Shown: one piece after another, positions 35,631-49,170 of the stretch | Layout: every line of letters begins with the position of its first letter | Numbering within the stretch: the stretch's first letter is position 1 | Assembly (NCBI GenBank): GCA_965644295.1 | Contig: CBFFRP010000146.1 | Location: 573,593-637,592 of the forward strand | Length of the DNA: 64,000 nt | Source: Paraphysomonas bandaiensis | Taxonomy: Eukaryota > Protista > Chrysophyceae | Direction: 5' to 3' | Position numbers and translations under genes: made by a program | Notes under the pieces: generated by a model | Database searches by the model: none | Seen by the model: only the letters and a program-made list of their open reading frames with translations | What the model was told of the DNA's origin: nothing

Positions 35631-36763
35631 ATGGCGGACTATGCAATTAACTATAACTTCGAAGGACGGACCCTCTCTGTTGCTCCAGTAGGATTGATGT
35701 ATCGGATTCTGAGCATAACTGTTAATAGCAAAAAACTATGCAAATCTGACATTAAATACCTGCTCTCTCTATCTCAAGATAATGGTGATTCCAGAGCATC
35801 AGTAACAACCCCAACAAAGCCATCCAGGCGCGAGTGCCCCAAAAATTTTCCATCCCCTGTTTCGATCACATGTGATCCACATGAGTATGAAAGAGAAACA
35901 GATAAAATTGATATTGAGTTATGCAGTGAAGAAGCCATAAATAGTCTTCGTCAGATGGTATTTACTTGTGATTTTAATATCACTCCCGTGGAGGATCATA
36001 AGCCTATATTAATAAGTATTGAGGGAAATATTGGGGCAGGTACTTGAGATTTACACTTATGTTTTGGTCTAAGTTATAGCTCTGTTAGGCAAGTCGACAC
36101 TCCTGAAGAAGCTGAGAGTGGAGTTCCCTCACTGGACTTTTATTGATGAGCCTGTGGATACATGGACGAAATTACGAAATGATAAAGGAAACCTACTCGA
36201 GGTGCATTGTTCATATTGACAATTTAATATTTTTAGCGATATATTGCAGAACTTTTATCAAGATCAAGATCGGTGGGCATACACTTTCCAGAACTGCTCT
36301 ATCCTTAGTCGATTCCAGCTTATTGAGAGCGCCATTGCTGAAAACCGTGATAAGTGTCCCGGGCGGCATGTGTATGTTACAGAGCGTAGTCTAGGCACTG
36401 ACTACCATGTTTTTACGAAAATGCTCAGGGATGATGGAAAGGTATATATCGTGTCATTGTATTTGTTGTGTTCTCTAATGCAAGATGCAGCTGGATTGTC
36501 ACGAATACATGCTCTATGAGCAATGGCTTGCCCACCTCAGTGCGACTTGCACCCCTCTATCAGGTCTTATTTTTGTAGACACGCCACCCGAGGTATGCTC
36601 TGATCGTATTAGGCACCGCAATCGGGATGGTGAAGATGGCATTCCTCTATCGTACCTTCAACAACTGGAAGACTTCCAGAGCAGATGGATTAATTCATCC
36701 GATATTCCAGTACTCAGAACCTGTTCCGTTGAGGACATCGCAGAATTCGTGGAATCATTGTAA
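35631..36763 (+). CDS. Deoxynucleoside kinase family protein, multi-exon
   Basis: ISIEGNIGAG|KST, DEPV..W, RWAYTFQ, ERS..D..F, RI..R.R.GE. Confidence 0.88.
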
Positions 36764-37219
36764 CAAGGGATATGTCTCCAATGACGGCATTACTGCAAAG
36801 TAGGATTTCTTCAAAGAAGAATGCCGGCTGTGTATAGCTGCATTCTGTTTGTATTTCGTTAGACAGTACTTCCTTTCGATTACTGTATCTATGTTGTTAG
36901 TGTTAATGAATACTATATTATTAATAATTTATTGCCCTCAGTATAAAATGTATCGTGTGGTCCCTGTAATGGACATTTCTTCTCAGTACTCTTTATATGC
37001 GTACTATGAAGACAAATGTTGCATTCAAGCGCTGTGCTAAACTGCTACTTCCCAATGTGTTAAGGCATATTACATTCAAGATGGCATAAGGAAATCAACA
37101 TGATTGAATCTGGAGAGTGATGAATACTCCTTAAGATTTTGGCTACTACTACATCTCTTTCGCAAACAACATACACTCCATATCACTATTTAACAATATC
37201 AGATTGACTATGAATGAGA

Positions 37220-38467
37220 TTAGCTGCTCCTCTCCTGTAATTGGGACTCCAATTGCTGAATTCGCTCCGCACTGCTGATTCTCTCTTGTAATGTAGCATC
37301 GTGTGCCTGTTTAGCCAAATCTGCAACCATTGTTAGCGCTGTTTTCAATGAGGCAATTTCTTCTGCTGCAGCGTCTCCACTCTTATCATCACACTGGGAG
37401 GATTCTGACTGTTGAACATGCACTGATGCTGCGAGTTTACATATATCGGTCAGCTTGGATGATATATCTCCCTGTGAAATAGTCAAACAAAGAGGCGACA
37501 TTGACAGAACGCAACACTCACAAGTGCATTTTCAAGTTTTTCCACTCTACCAACTAGACCTCCTCCATCATGCAATGAAGTGGTAGATTCTAATTTCTCC
37601 ATTCGAGCCTCAAGCCTGATAACAAACAGTATAAACACCGAATACTAGCGGTCACGATCTCTCACCGCAATAGACGTTCACTATCACCAGCCACCGCATT
37701 GCCACTAGTGCTTCCCATCTGAAAGTTATCGCATGTCAGAATACAAGAACGAAAATATGTACGCATACCGCAGTAGCCAGGCGTGTTGTGAGACTTTCCA
37801 ACGGGCGACGGCCGTTCTCACAACTCTCACATGTTGCCAAAGCTCGATCAAGCCTCTCCAAGAAAAGTATGTCTTTGCTTTCAATGGAACCGTTAGTCTG
37901 CACCGGTGTGTTTTCTGTCTCTGCCATCCAACTCTTGGTTGGCTTCTCTGGTGTAGAATCCTTGCGGGGAGTGGATCGGACAGGCTGTGATGACGAGGCA
38001 CTTCGACCAACAGATCTCCTGGGTGAACGTTGTGAGGTAGCGCTAGTCGTAGTACTAGACGTAGCAGTAGCAGCAGATGTATCGTTTTCAACAAAGCAAT
38101 TCGCTGGTCTAACAAAAACACCATATTTCGGTGCACAGGTAAAGTATCGGTGTCCCTGCACGCTACCATCATTACGACCAAGTTCCTCTGTCAATTCTAC
38201 CCCAACCCATTTACCATCACTGAATAGGGTACTTCCAAAGTATCTAACAGATCCCCATGTCTGCAGCCCATGCAAAAATACCCTGTCTCCAACAGAGATC
38301 TTGTTGTCAGCGCCTCGAGTAATAGAAGGTCCCGAACTGGATGAAACATTTAGACTGCTTCGCCGAGCAGCTGCAGCGAGTGTACTGCTATCACTTCTAG
38401 CCACAAGCATCGACGAACGTCCTATAACACTTTTCTTTTTCGGAGATCCAGCTGCACGACTTTTCAT
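37220..38467 (-). CDS. CAP-Gly domain coiled-coil protein, multi-exon
   Basis: [19 protein letters not shown]....[13 protein letters not shown]. Confidence 0.82.
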
Positions 38468-39029
38468 TGGACAATAATAATTATTATAAGATAAATACAA
38501 AACCCGTGCACAGTATAGCCTCCAGAATATATAGAATGAATGCAATGAGTAATATCCAGGTAATGAATGTGTGGAATGATAATGAATTGTAAGTAGTCTA
38601 AAACGAGCTCTCACAAATGCTTGCTTGATACATTCATTCTGTATTAGGTTCAGTTAATCTATTTGCTATGCGAGCAAGTGCATATAACAACAATCACATC
38701 TATCTGACAGTTGATCATTCACCAGCAGCACTACAATGAGTTTTGACAGTTGAAAAAATATATATGAAATCCAACAAAAACACACGCTAAAACATCTGTT
38801 CTCTATCAAAACTGAAAATATGTGCCCAGTCAAGATCCCATCTATCACCTACAAGTAGTTTTTATAGTGCTCTAGTCATATAGTCGTATAGTCGTATAGT
38901 CGTATCGTGTATCGTACTGTACTGATAATTCCCAACCCCTGCGACTATAATCTCAATATTTGCATCACTTACTGTCAATTGTTTACTAGGAGGAGTGGAT
39001 ATATTAATTATATCCTTCAGTGAATAATT

Positions 39030-39847
<818 letters not shown>

Positions 39848-40678
39848 TGTTTCAACCTGCAGTGCTAATCGGTTAAGTTCTTCCTGTTTAGTAATGAATG
39901 TATCCAATAGCATGTAGTTGTAGCGGATTCTATTTTCTTGCTGTTAGGTAAATACATCCTGGTTTTGGTGGTGCCCGCGAGAGTTAATGGTAGGCAAAAG
40001 TACATTGAAAATCAGTTGCAGCCAGCTGCCTTGATTGGAAGGATTTTGTCTAGATAATGAAGTCATATTTGTTACATGTTTTTCAGTTGTTTTTCACGTA
40101 CATATTACACACTGCCATATAAACATATTCTCTAGAAGTATTGTATTTGATACTGTGGCTTGTACAGAACGTTTGATGTTGTACTATTGTATTGTATATG
40201 ATATAACTCAAAATGAATGTCCATCAATAGTATGGCCAGTTTAAACTTCCAGTGCTATTGAAATAACAAGATTAGGGTTAATAGTGTGTCGTTGGTATTA
40301 CTTGGTAATAATATACAAATAGAGAGTCCCACCATGACTTGCTTTTTACCTATGTAATAATACCTGTAAATAGTTAAAGTAGAGGGTGGAGTACAAAGTA
40401 ATGCTAATCACAATATCACAAGTACAACTCTTTTCTTGTCGATCGCATCAATCTAATTGCAATACATCAATACTACGTAGCAGATATTCGTATGATGCTA
40501 TATATCTATATAGTATATATTATATAATATATTGAAACGAGTTAATAGTGTGTAATAGTTGAAAGGTGAAATCAACTCATAGGTGCAACGGGAGGATGTA
40601 GTTACAAAGGAAGTAAATTAAGTTACTGATTACTGATGTGTGACTGTGTAATATATAGAAGTGCTTGGTGAACCCCCA

Positions 40679-41121
40679 ACAAAGTCAGACTCGAACCTTT
40701 TCGATGTATGTGTTCTGGGGGTAAGTACCGGAGATACTTCTCCAGGAAACTAACGTGAGCCGCATATTATATAGTTAGGAGATATTTTTCTGCCCACTCA
40801 TATAATAGTCAAATGCTTGTGTGGTACAAGGGACACTAACACAAGTGTCACTTGTGTAGGCGTCTTTGGGCCTTGGTGAATAAACAGGCATCGGGGAATG
40901 GGCCCATCTCGAGAGCATCCAGTGCATTTGCCTGCCTGATGCAGTCAATCATCCCGGCTCAAAAGTCCTGAAGTCAGCAGATGTCAGGTATATCAACGTT
41001 CTGCTTACTCACTGTGTTTTAGCTTTGAGCGTTAGAGCGAAAGTGGTTGAACCTTGGTGCTTGCGGCAACGCAGAAGCAGCTCTCGTAGTGCTAAATCGT
41101 AGGATATCAGAGTTAAGTACT
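40679..41121 (+). repeat. Structured non-coding dispersed repeat, copy 2
   Basis: Homologous to 319-712 and 41959-42330; GCG-GCAA-CGC GNRA hairpin. Confidence 0.9.
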
Positions 41122-41958
41122 GCCTCTTAAGCGGGTATTGCGAATAAGATATTCACTACTCTAGTGACTGGTGAGCCTATGATGAACAGGTGTTTCCGAG
41201 AACAGATGTTCACTAGATATTTAGTGAAATTTACATGAAATTTTGTGAAGTGTTTAGATTAATTCTTTCTTGAAAGGTTTAGGTGTAGAACAAGGTTAAC
41301 TTCAGCGTAATGTCCAATTCAAACATGGCAATTGGTGTGAGGGATCCAACAATAGTAATTATTATCAACATCAACATTTCAAGGGGACTAGAAGTCATAG
41401 GAACTCAGTCATAGAACACTTAGCTCTACTAAATATCCTAAAACAACCAGCTAACAACATCTTATTCCGTTCAAACTCAATCCATCAACCACTATACGGA
41501 ATATGCTCGGAAACATTAGCATGTTTGGTTCCATATTAATACAACACTAAAGCACAAAGTACAGTAGTCACTATAGAATAGCCAGGACTTTACATATCGT
41601 CCCGCGCTCAAATTTTAAATTGTAGCTTATCCTCATGACGTTGAAAACTTAATGTTAGATTGTATATATAGCTATTAGTAGCTTGCTTGCTGTAAGAAAA
41701 AATAGGTTTTCCCTGATTAAAATTAAGAAAACATATGAAAAGTTATATAGTTTCAAATAAATGGTATACTTAGGGAATAGCGACTTCACAATCAACTGAA
41801 ATAACTTGATGCCACTGCTGTTATATTAGGATTCACCTTTATATATAAGATAATATATTATATGAAATATGTCGATAAATAAAATATATTATCATGAACT
41901 GAATTTATGGAAGTATCTGTTGAAGATACTTAATCATCACAATGATCATCATCCCTCA

Positions 41959-42330
41959 ACAAAGTCATCCCTTTTCGTGGTGTTCTGGGGGATAAGTACC
42001 GGAGAGATTCTCTCTGGGAAACTAACGTGAGCCGCAAACATAGTCAGCAGATATTTTTTTCCCACTCATAGCCTAATGCTTGTGTGGTACAAGTGACACT
42101 AACACAAGTGTCACTTGTGTAGACGTCTTTGGGCCCTGACGAATAAACAGGCATCCGGAATGGGCCCGCTCAAGGGCATCCGTGGCAGGGGGTATTGGGC
42201 TGCCTGCTAAAGTCAAGCATCCGGGATGTTCACCTTAATAACTCAGAGCGGAAGTGGTCGCACCTTGGTGCTTGCGGCGACGCACAAGCAGCTTCCGTAG
42301 CGTTAAATAGTAGGATAAAAAGTGTGTACT
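41959..42330 (+). repeat. Structured non-coding dispersed repeat, copy 3
   Basis: Homologous to copies 1 and 2; 13-bp hairpin at 42088-42119; GCG-GCGA-CGC GNRA hairpin. Confidence 0.9.
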
Positions 42331-43161
42331 GATTAGTTACAGGTAGAGGTCTCACTAGTTTGTCTAGCATTCATCTAGCTACTAAGTTGGTGCAGGTTTT
42401 TAACGCCTATAAGATTTTCAATATATGATAGTCATACCCTTAGTTCTAACTATTCCGTTTTGTGTGGCTCTGCGTTATTATTCACTTTTCTACATTACTG
42501 TGTTAATCACTTAAGACAACATTCTTCTTACTATTACTAAGCTTAAGTCAAATTGCCCTTAACCACCTATACAGCATCAGATGTGACACTTAAACTCTCC
42601 TGATATATTCTTGAATTTGTTTCGAAGTCCTGGTTATGAAGATAGATAGCTTGCACTGACATCATTATGATCTTCTACAGGTGACGAAGGTTGGAATATA
42701 ACTTTGAGTGTTTGATGATCAGCTTTGGATGGTGACTCATGATTGTGGTTTCTCTACAGTTGTCATATATACTGAAATCACATACATATGATGACAGTCA
42801 ATATCATTGAAGTTGAGTTTCTATGAAACCGAATATTGAAGTTGAATGTTTATATTTGCCCCGTGCTGATATGAGCCCTCTGTTAAACCCAAATCAGGTC
42901 AAAAAGCTTATTTTGAGAAAATTTGGATAAAAATAAATTATTAATCATTAAATTATCAAAGAAAAACTCACTACATTTCACATTACAAATTCTCCAATGA
43001 AAATATCTTAGTTTGCAACTCACCCAGTGCTATCGCGACAATATGCTTGCTTCAAGCCTATTTAGAGGCGCCAATAGGCACTATGATAGACGAATAAAGG
43101 GCAAAAAAATTTAAAACACCATATGACTGGAACGTCACTTCATCAGTCAATTCATAACGTC

Positions 43162-44956
43162 TTAAGAATACATCGAGTCATCATCAATATCGTACTGGGG
43201 TGGCCGTAAGTGGTCCGGGGCTGGTTCTCCGGGCACCGTTCTGCCCCTTCCTGTGCGACCACCAACGTAATTACGACCCCCCATGGGAACACCTGGGGTT
43301 GGGTGGATGGGGTCGTAACGAGGAACATGTGCACCAGGGCCAAACCCAGGAACAAATGGGTCTCGTCCTTCGCCTTGTACGTGACTTCCACCCCAAAACA
43401 TAGGATGGTCAGGACCTGCCGCACAAATGTGATAAAGGCCATGTCAATGATGATTTCATACACATACCCACTACTGATCCACTGCTAGGAGTAGGTATAG
43501 ACGGTCGCATTCCAGGAAAAGGCGGCTCCATATCTCCCCTACCAACACCCATTCCCGTGGACCCCCTTCCATACCCATACAGTGGGTGAGCACCGGTATC
43601 AGGTGCACGAGCAGGAGTGAGAGAAGGAATGGATTGATACTGCTGTGGAAGTACAGCTGGTCCGGAGTCTGCGGGAGTAGCGTTGGCCTCAGGGGAAAGG
43701 ACTTGCCGAATCACACCTCTAACAATGGATTGTAAACTCTAAACGTAAAGAGCTTTAGATTCACGAGAGAAAAGACATTTGCAGAGTATAGAACCACATG
43801 ACAATTTGGAGCAGGTTCTCACCGAGGGGTTGCGGTATACTGAATGTATGGGAAATCGCTGAGAGCTAATATCTGAAGAGGTCGCACAGTGCTCAGCAGT
43901 GTTTATATTCACCCCATTAGGCCCAGAGTTTCCGCCCTTAACAGTAAATGACATCGCCACTACGGCTTCAGAAATAAAAGCACACTGCACACAAAAGTCA
44001 GTTGATATATATTCATATACATCAAGTATATGGTCCTTACCATAAGCTTGAACTGCTTTCCAGATAGTGCTTTGTTTTTATACAAAATGACAATTGCGTC
44101 CTTGTCTTTCCTCCAGTTGGGTGGGAGAAAGGCGCCCTTAGGAAGCTCTGTAGAAATGATTCAGCGTTATACTTAAAGTGTCCGTTTCCGACTAAACAAT
44201 ACCTGAAAGTGGGGGCGCAAAACCTGCCACTACAGGCTGGTCATCTACTCTATCACAAATACAAATAAATCCTTCCCTAAGTATGATGGAATGACAGGCC
44301 ATTGCGATAGCCTCAAGCTGGCTACAAGGATACACTCCACTCTGAACCAAGGGCTGCATGAATTCTGGGAGCGATTCATTGGAACAAGCATCAGTCTGAC
44401 ACATGTTTAGAATCAAGTAAACTAAAAGTAACCCAATATCCAAATTACCTGTCCATTCTTAGTGTCAGTAGTACTCGACGTGCTATTCTCTGTAGAATCA
44501 ACTAACTGAATGCAATCTTTGTTCATCAGCCCACATGATGCAATTGTGTGGGAATGCGTACAAGGGTGGGACAACCCGGTCCGATCTACTTTTACTGAAC
44601 TGCAGCGGATATTCTGCTCCAAGCAACTCTGTATTGGTTGTTAGACGAAACAAACTACATGCACTCATACGAACTTCAACTCTTCCTACAAGCTCTCTGA
44701 TAGATGTCTGAGGGCTGATATTCGACAGCACAACATGCTGATTCTCACTCGTCTTCACCTTCAGTGTCAATGCTGTACTTGCGGATGCCTTATGAGACTC
44801 TATCATCTTCTCAAACTTTTGAATAGTGATATTGAGTTCATTAGCGACTAGTTTGGACGCACATCTCTCCTGTACGAACTCCTTCAACCTCAATATATCA
44901 GAAGACACCGCATCAATATCAATATTGTCTTCTTGTAATCCTTCCATTTCCATCAC
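43162..44956 (-). CDS. PSMF1: Proteasome inhibitor PI31-like protein with N-terminal ubiquitin-like domain, multi-exon
   Basis: FP-like ACHSIILREGFIC; Pro/Gly-rich tail VPRYDPI, GEPAPDHLRPP and terminal MYS (HbYX); Ubl-like exons upstream. Confidence 0.75.
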
Positions 44957-45417
44957 GAGAGAGATTCCTTAACAATCACTTGACAGATTAATGAGTTCTT
45001 ACAAGACCCTTCTTCATGTGTTGGACCTTCCAGTCAATGGATTTCGTATGTAGTTCTTAAGAATTCCCATCCCAGTGTATGCGAACCACCTCAAACACCA
45101 GCGAGGAGTTTGGAATTCCAAAGTTACTGTATTAGTCTGTATATTGCTGTAGAATGAACTGTATTCTAGATATAGAGATGAACTAAAGGGAGAGTTTGAA
45201 CGGAAAGAAAACTGACGTCATTGTTATAAAGTGGTACTCGTGACTTCCACCATGAGAGAAAATTATTTTCAGTTTGAGACCATTCAAGATCACATCTAAC
45301 CTTTGTGGTGTTTGTTATGAAATAAGATGAACCGAACTGGTTCAGCAATTGAGTGTTTGTCAAGAGCCGAAATAACAAAAGTGCTTGACTGGTAATTAAT
45401 AGAGAAGACATATAAGC

Positions 45418-46287
45418 ATGAAGGTATTGAATGATTGTTATTGTCATGTTATTGTTTATATGTTATGTTAATGGCAGCTGAACATTGCGTACCCGGCCAC
45501 TGGGGGCCAGAAATTTATTGAGATCGATGACGAGAAGAGACTGTAAGTTCTCTATAGCTGGTTATCATTGATTCTAATATATGCGTAGTCGTTGTGTTTA
45601 CGACAAGCGTATCTCTCAGGAAGTCTCTGGTGACGATCTTGGCGACGAGTTTGCTGGATATGTATGCATTTTATTAATGTGAAATGGCATTATTAATTGT
45701 CTACTCAGGTGTTCCGCATTAGCGGTGGCAATGACAAGCAGGGTTTCCCCATGAAGCAGGGAGTTCTTACTAACACCCGTGTTCGTCTTCTTCTCCGTGA
45801 CGGACTTTCTTGCTACCGCTCTCGCCGTGCAGGTGAGCGCAAGCGCAAGTCTGTCAGAGGATGCATTGTCGGCTCCGACATCTCCGTTCTCAACCTTGTT
45901 GTCATCAAGAAGGGTGATGCCGAGATCCCTGATGTAACTGATGTCAGTGTTCCCCGCCGCCTTGGTCCCAAGCGCGCTTCTAAGATCCGTGCTCTCTTCA
46001 ACTTGGAGAAGACCGATGATATTAGAAAGTTCATGATTGCCCGCACCTTCGAGAAGAACGGCAAGACCGTGACCAAGCGTGCCAAGATTCAGCGCCTAGT
46101 GACCCCAGTCACCCTTGCTCGCAAGAGACAGCGTATTGCCAAGAAGAAGGCTGCTCTTGAAAACTCCAAGCTCGAGAAGGCTGCATACACCGCCCTTGTC
46201 CAGAAGCGTCTTGCTGAGCAGAAGGAGGCCCGTCGGTCTGAGCTTTCGAAGCGCAGGTCATCTCGCAGAGCAAGCCAGAAGGAGTAG
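45418..46287 (+). CDS. RPS6: 40S ribosomal protein S6 (eS6), multi-exon
   Basis: MK|[48 protein letters not shown]. Confidence 0.97.
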
Positions 46288-46920
46288 ATATATTATTCTA
46301 GGCTAATCGCTTGTTTTCTTCAACTTAACTAACAACAGTCAGCACATAGTTTAAATCACTTATTTTTGCGGTTCTCCCAGCAGTCGTATTGTTTTCCCAA
46401 CAGTTGTGTACCTTGTATTATTTCGAAATTGCGGCAATGTAAACTTGCTTTTTGCTCTGGTTATCGGAAAAAGAACTACAGTTGACTGTATTTTCTTGTT
46501 TTGAATTTTCTCACCAGCAGACACCAATAATTTCATTGTATTGAAATAATGCTGGCGATTTTTACGTTTCAATCGTTCAACATATCGTTGTTGAGCATTC
46601 AGGATGAATTATCTATAACCAGTCAGACGCCTTTAGCGCAAGCCGCAATATCTATGTATCCATAACCTACACCTAAGCATAATAGAGCGTACATTGTTAA
46701 GGTCATGTCAGTGGATGGTAGATGGCTGTGCTCTTGTGTCATTTGTGCAGGATACAAGTTTCATGTTACTCTACACTGAACGCAATACTGGGGGTAGTGT
46801 TCAATAATTAAATATATATTAACAAGGTAGAAATTAATCCGTAAACTTGTGGACAACAAATACGCAACGTAATGAACATATTATACAGAATACAGAGGAA
46901 TGTATCTACACAATCGCACT

Positions 46921-47939
46921 TTATTTTCGTGAGACCTTCTGTAATGGTTGCAAGTGAAGTGGAGCAGTTGGAATAAACACTCGAGAAACATGCTCATGGT
47001 TCTCTCCTTTCGTTCTTCTTTGGTAACCAGGACCACTAGAGGAGGTAGTTTTTCCGTTACTGCGCCTCTCGGAGAAAGCTAACAATTTACGCTTCTTATT
47101 TTCACTAAGAGAGTCAGACGAAACCGAAAGGGTACAGAGTTGTTCGTCACGCTTCTTTTTTGCATTTCCACTCAGTTTCTTTGCGACCTTAGCAAAGTGT
47201 TCTGCTTCCTCAGCCTGACAATATGCAAAGAGGGCACGCCACGTCTGTATATCCTTACATTGAACAGCGCTTTTCGTCTGTTCGCTACCATCACTGCTTT
47301 CATTTACACTCGAGTTCGAACTGCTTAAGGACGACAAATGTTTATATGTTTCTTTCCACTTGGTCTTTAGCTCTGTGGCAGCCTTAGCAACAGCTGGAAA
47401 AGGACTGTGTTTGCTAAGACCGTTAACAGCTACTCCAATACCAGTTTCCTTCATCAGAGGGGCAGAAAAGGCGGCTCTAGATATTAACTTGAGATCGGAT
47501 AAATATTGGACTTCTGGTAAATTGGGAATTAATAGTCGTCTCTTCATTTCGTGCATAAAATTCACATTCTCAGGATAAGGATAAAATATGGGCCGGAGTC
47601 GGTAATTTCTAGTAAAAAGGAAATATGAATGAAAAACAGGAGTTATGTAGAAACTTACTCCTCCACTTTTTTTCGCCAAAACACTACATCTATATAAGGA
47701 TCGTCTCTAAGTTCAGGACATACCATTTCAAGCATTTGCATGTTCGATACAGTAATCTTGAAGTTCGCCTTCCTCATGACGTCCACCACTCTGTACAGCT
47801 CAACACCTGCACTTGCCCGTCGCAGATATGAAGCACACATGTACTTAATATGTGCGGTGTTCAAGGCAATATAACTGGTACATATGTCTATCAGTGAAGG
47901 TACTTCCTCTTGTCCCTCATCTTCATCAGAGCTGCCCAT
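46921..47939 (-). CDS. TFIIS N-terminal (Med26-like) domain protein, Elongin A-like
   Basis: VPSLIDIC (BC-box-like), LMKETGIGVAVNGLSKH...A.ELK.KWK, TWRALF.YC. Confidence 0.6.
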
Positions 47940-49170
47940 ATATACTACCACTAGACCCTATATATAACTACACACAAGAATATATCAATTCCACTGCGAT
48001 GCCGCAATATGAGAATACGGTTTAAAGGACACAGAGTTTCTCTCTGCTTGAATGATGTCTGCTAATGCTCTCCTGTATCGTACAAGTCGAACAAGGACCT
48101 TCATATTCCATCTCCATCTCCATATACACACATATACATGTATGCAGGGATCTGTACAGATGATACCCACAGGAATCTCCCGCCCTGAAAAGAATGTATA
48201 CCACAGTATACAGTGTATTCATACCTCCATATATGCATATATGTTGAGGTGTCTGCCTGTATATCTGCCTGGATCATATCCGGATATCAGCGAACTGTAA
48301 GTCGTAAGTGTTGTAAGTAGCAGGTGTCGGAGATTATTAATTCATAATGAAGCATGTTTTGGTTGGACTAAGTATTGTGACACTGGTTCAACACCGCATA
48401 GCTGCCACCTTATTCTGTGTCAGTGTGGTGGGTCACTGTTGTTACTCCACTGGTTGAGATACAGCCTACCATTTAAGTATGACTCCGTTTTTCTTGAACA
48501 ATTTGTTTTCTATTGATTATCATAAGGGAAATTGCTCTAATTATTCTATGATGGTGAAAAGAAGGTTATCTACGTACCCTGATATGAGTTCATTGTTAAG
48601 AAAAGACTTAGTATCAGCCATGAAAATTATATACTATAGTATCAGTCATGAGATGGCGGTATATATACTGTAGAATTATTTACAGATCTAAAACGATAGT
48701 TGTATTTATTAAGCGATAGAAAATAGTCGCAGTATATGACTATCGACAGAGCTCAGTAAGTATAATAAATGTATGTATTATGTATCATTTAGTGAAAATA
48801 AAAGAGTATTGGTATAAGCCGCTACAATGCAAATGTAGAGTAACTAAATGTATGCATGTGCTCAATAACTAGTGCTGATAGCTTTCAACAAGTGAAACTA
48901 TATCGATAGTTACTAGGCAAAGTGGATGGGTTGCTCATGAGTGCCGATAGTGTACTTTACTCTTTGCTTACTATGCATCAATAAAATTTTATCAGATACA
49001 CATACAACGTAACTTGTATCAATAAAAATGCAATAATGATAATACAATCAACAATTTGTGTCTTCGTTTCATACAGAAAGTTAGACAACTACCATCACAG
49101 GAACACTTATAAATACGTAGCAAATTATAAACACAAACCAGAACCAATACGTGTGAGAGAATATTCATCA

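Noticed and set aside
40684-40697. GGTTCGAGTC (minus strand) as a tRNA/SINE B box
   Set aside because: Not conserved in the other copies; no cloverleaf or A box.
42131-42167. CTGACGA as a hammerhead ribozyme core; GAATGGG as an HDV-like 3' end
   Set aside because: CUGANGA is not conserved in copies 1 and 2, no stem II-GAAA follows, and the spacing is too short for an HDV fold.
42245-42300. Group II intron domain V
   Set aside because: A GNRA hairpin with a 2-nt bulge is present, but there is no AGC/CGC triad at the required position and no domain VI.
40679-42330. Copies 2 and 3 as the paired LTRs of one element
   Set aside because: They are too diverged, homology extends beyond any TG...CA pair, and there is no convincing PBS, PPT or TSD. 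An LTR or leader origin of the family is not fully excluded.
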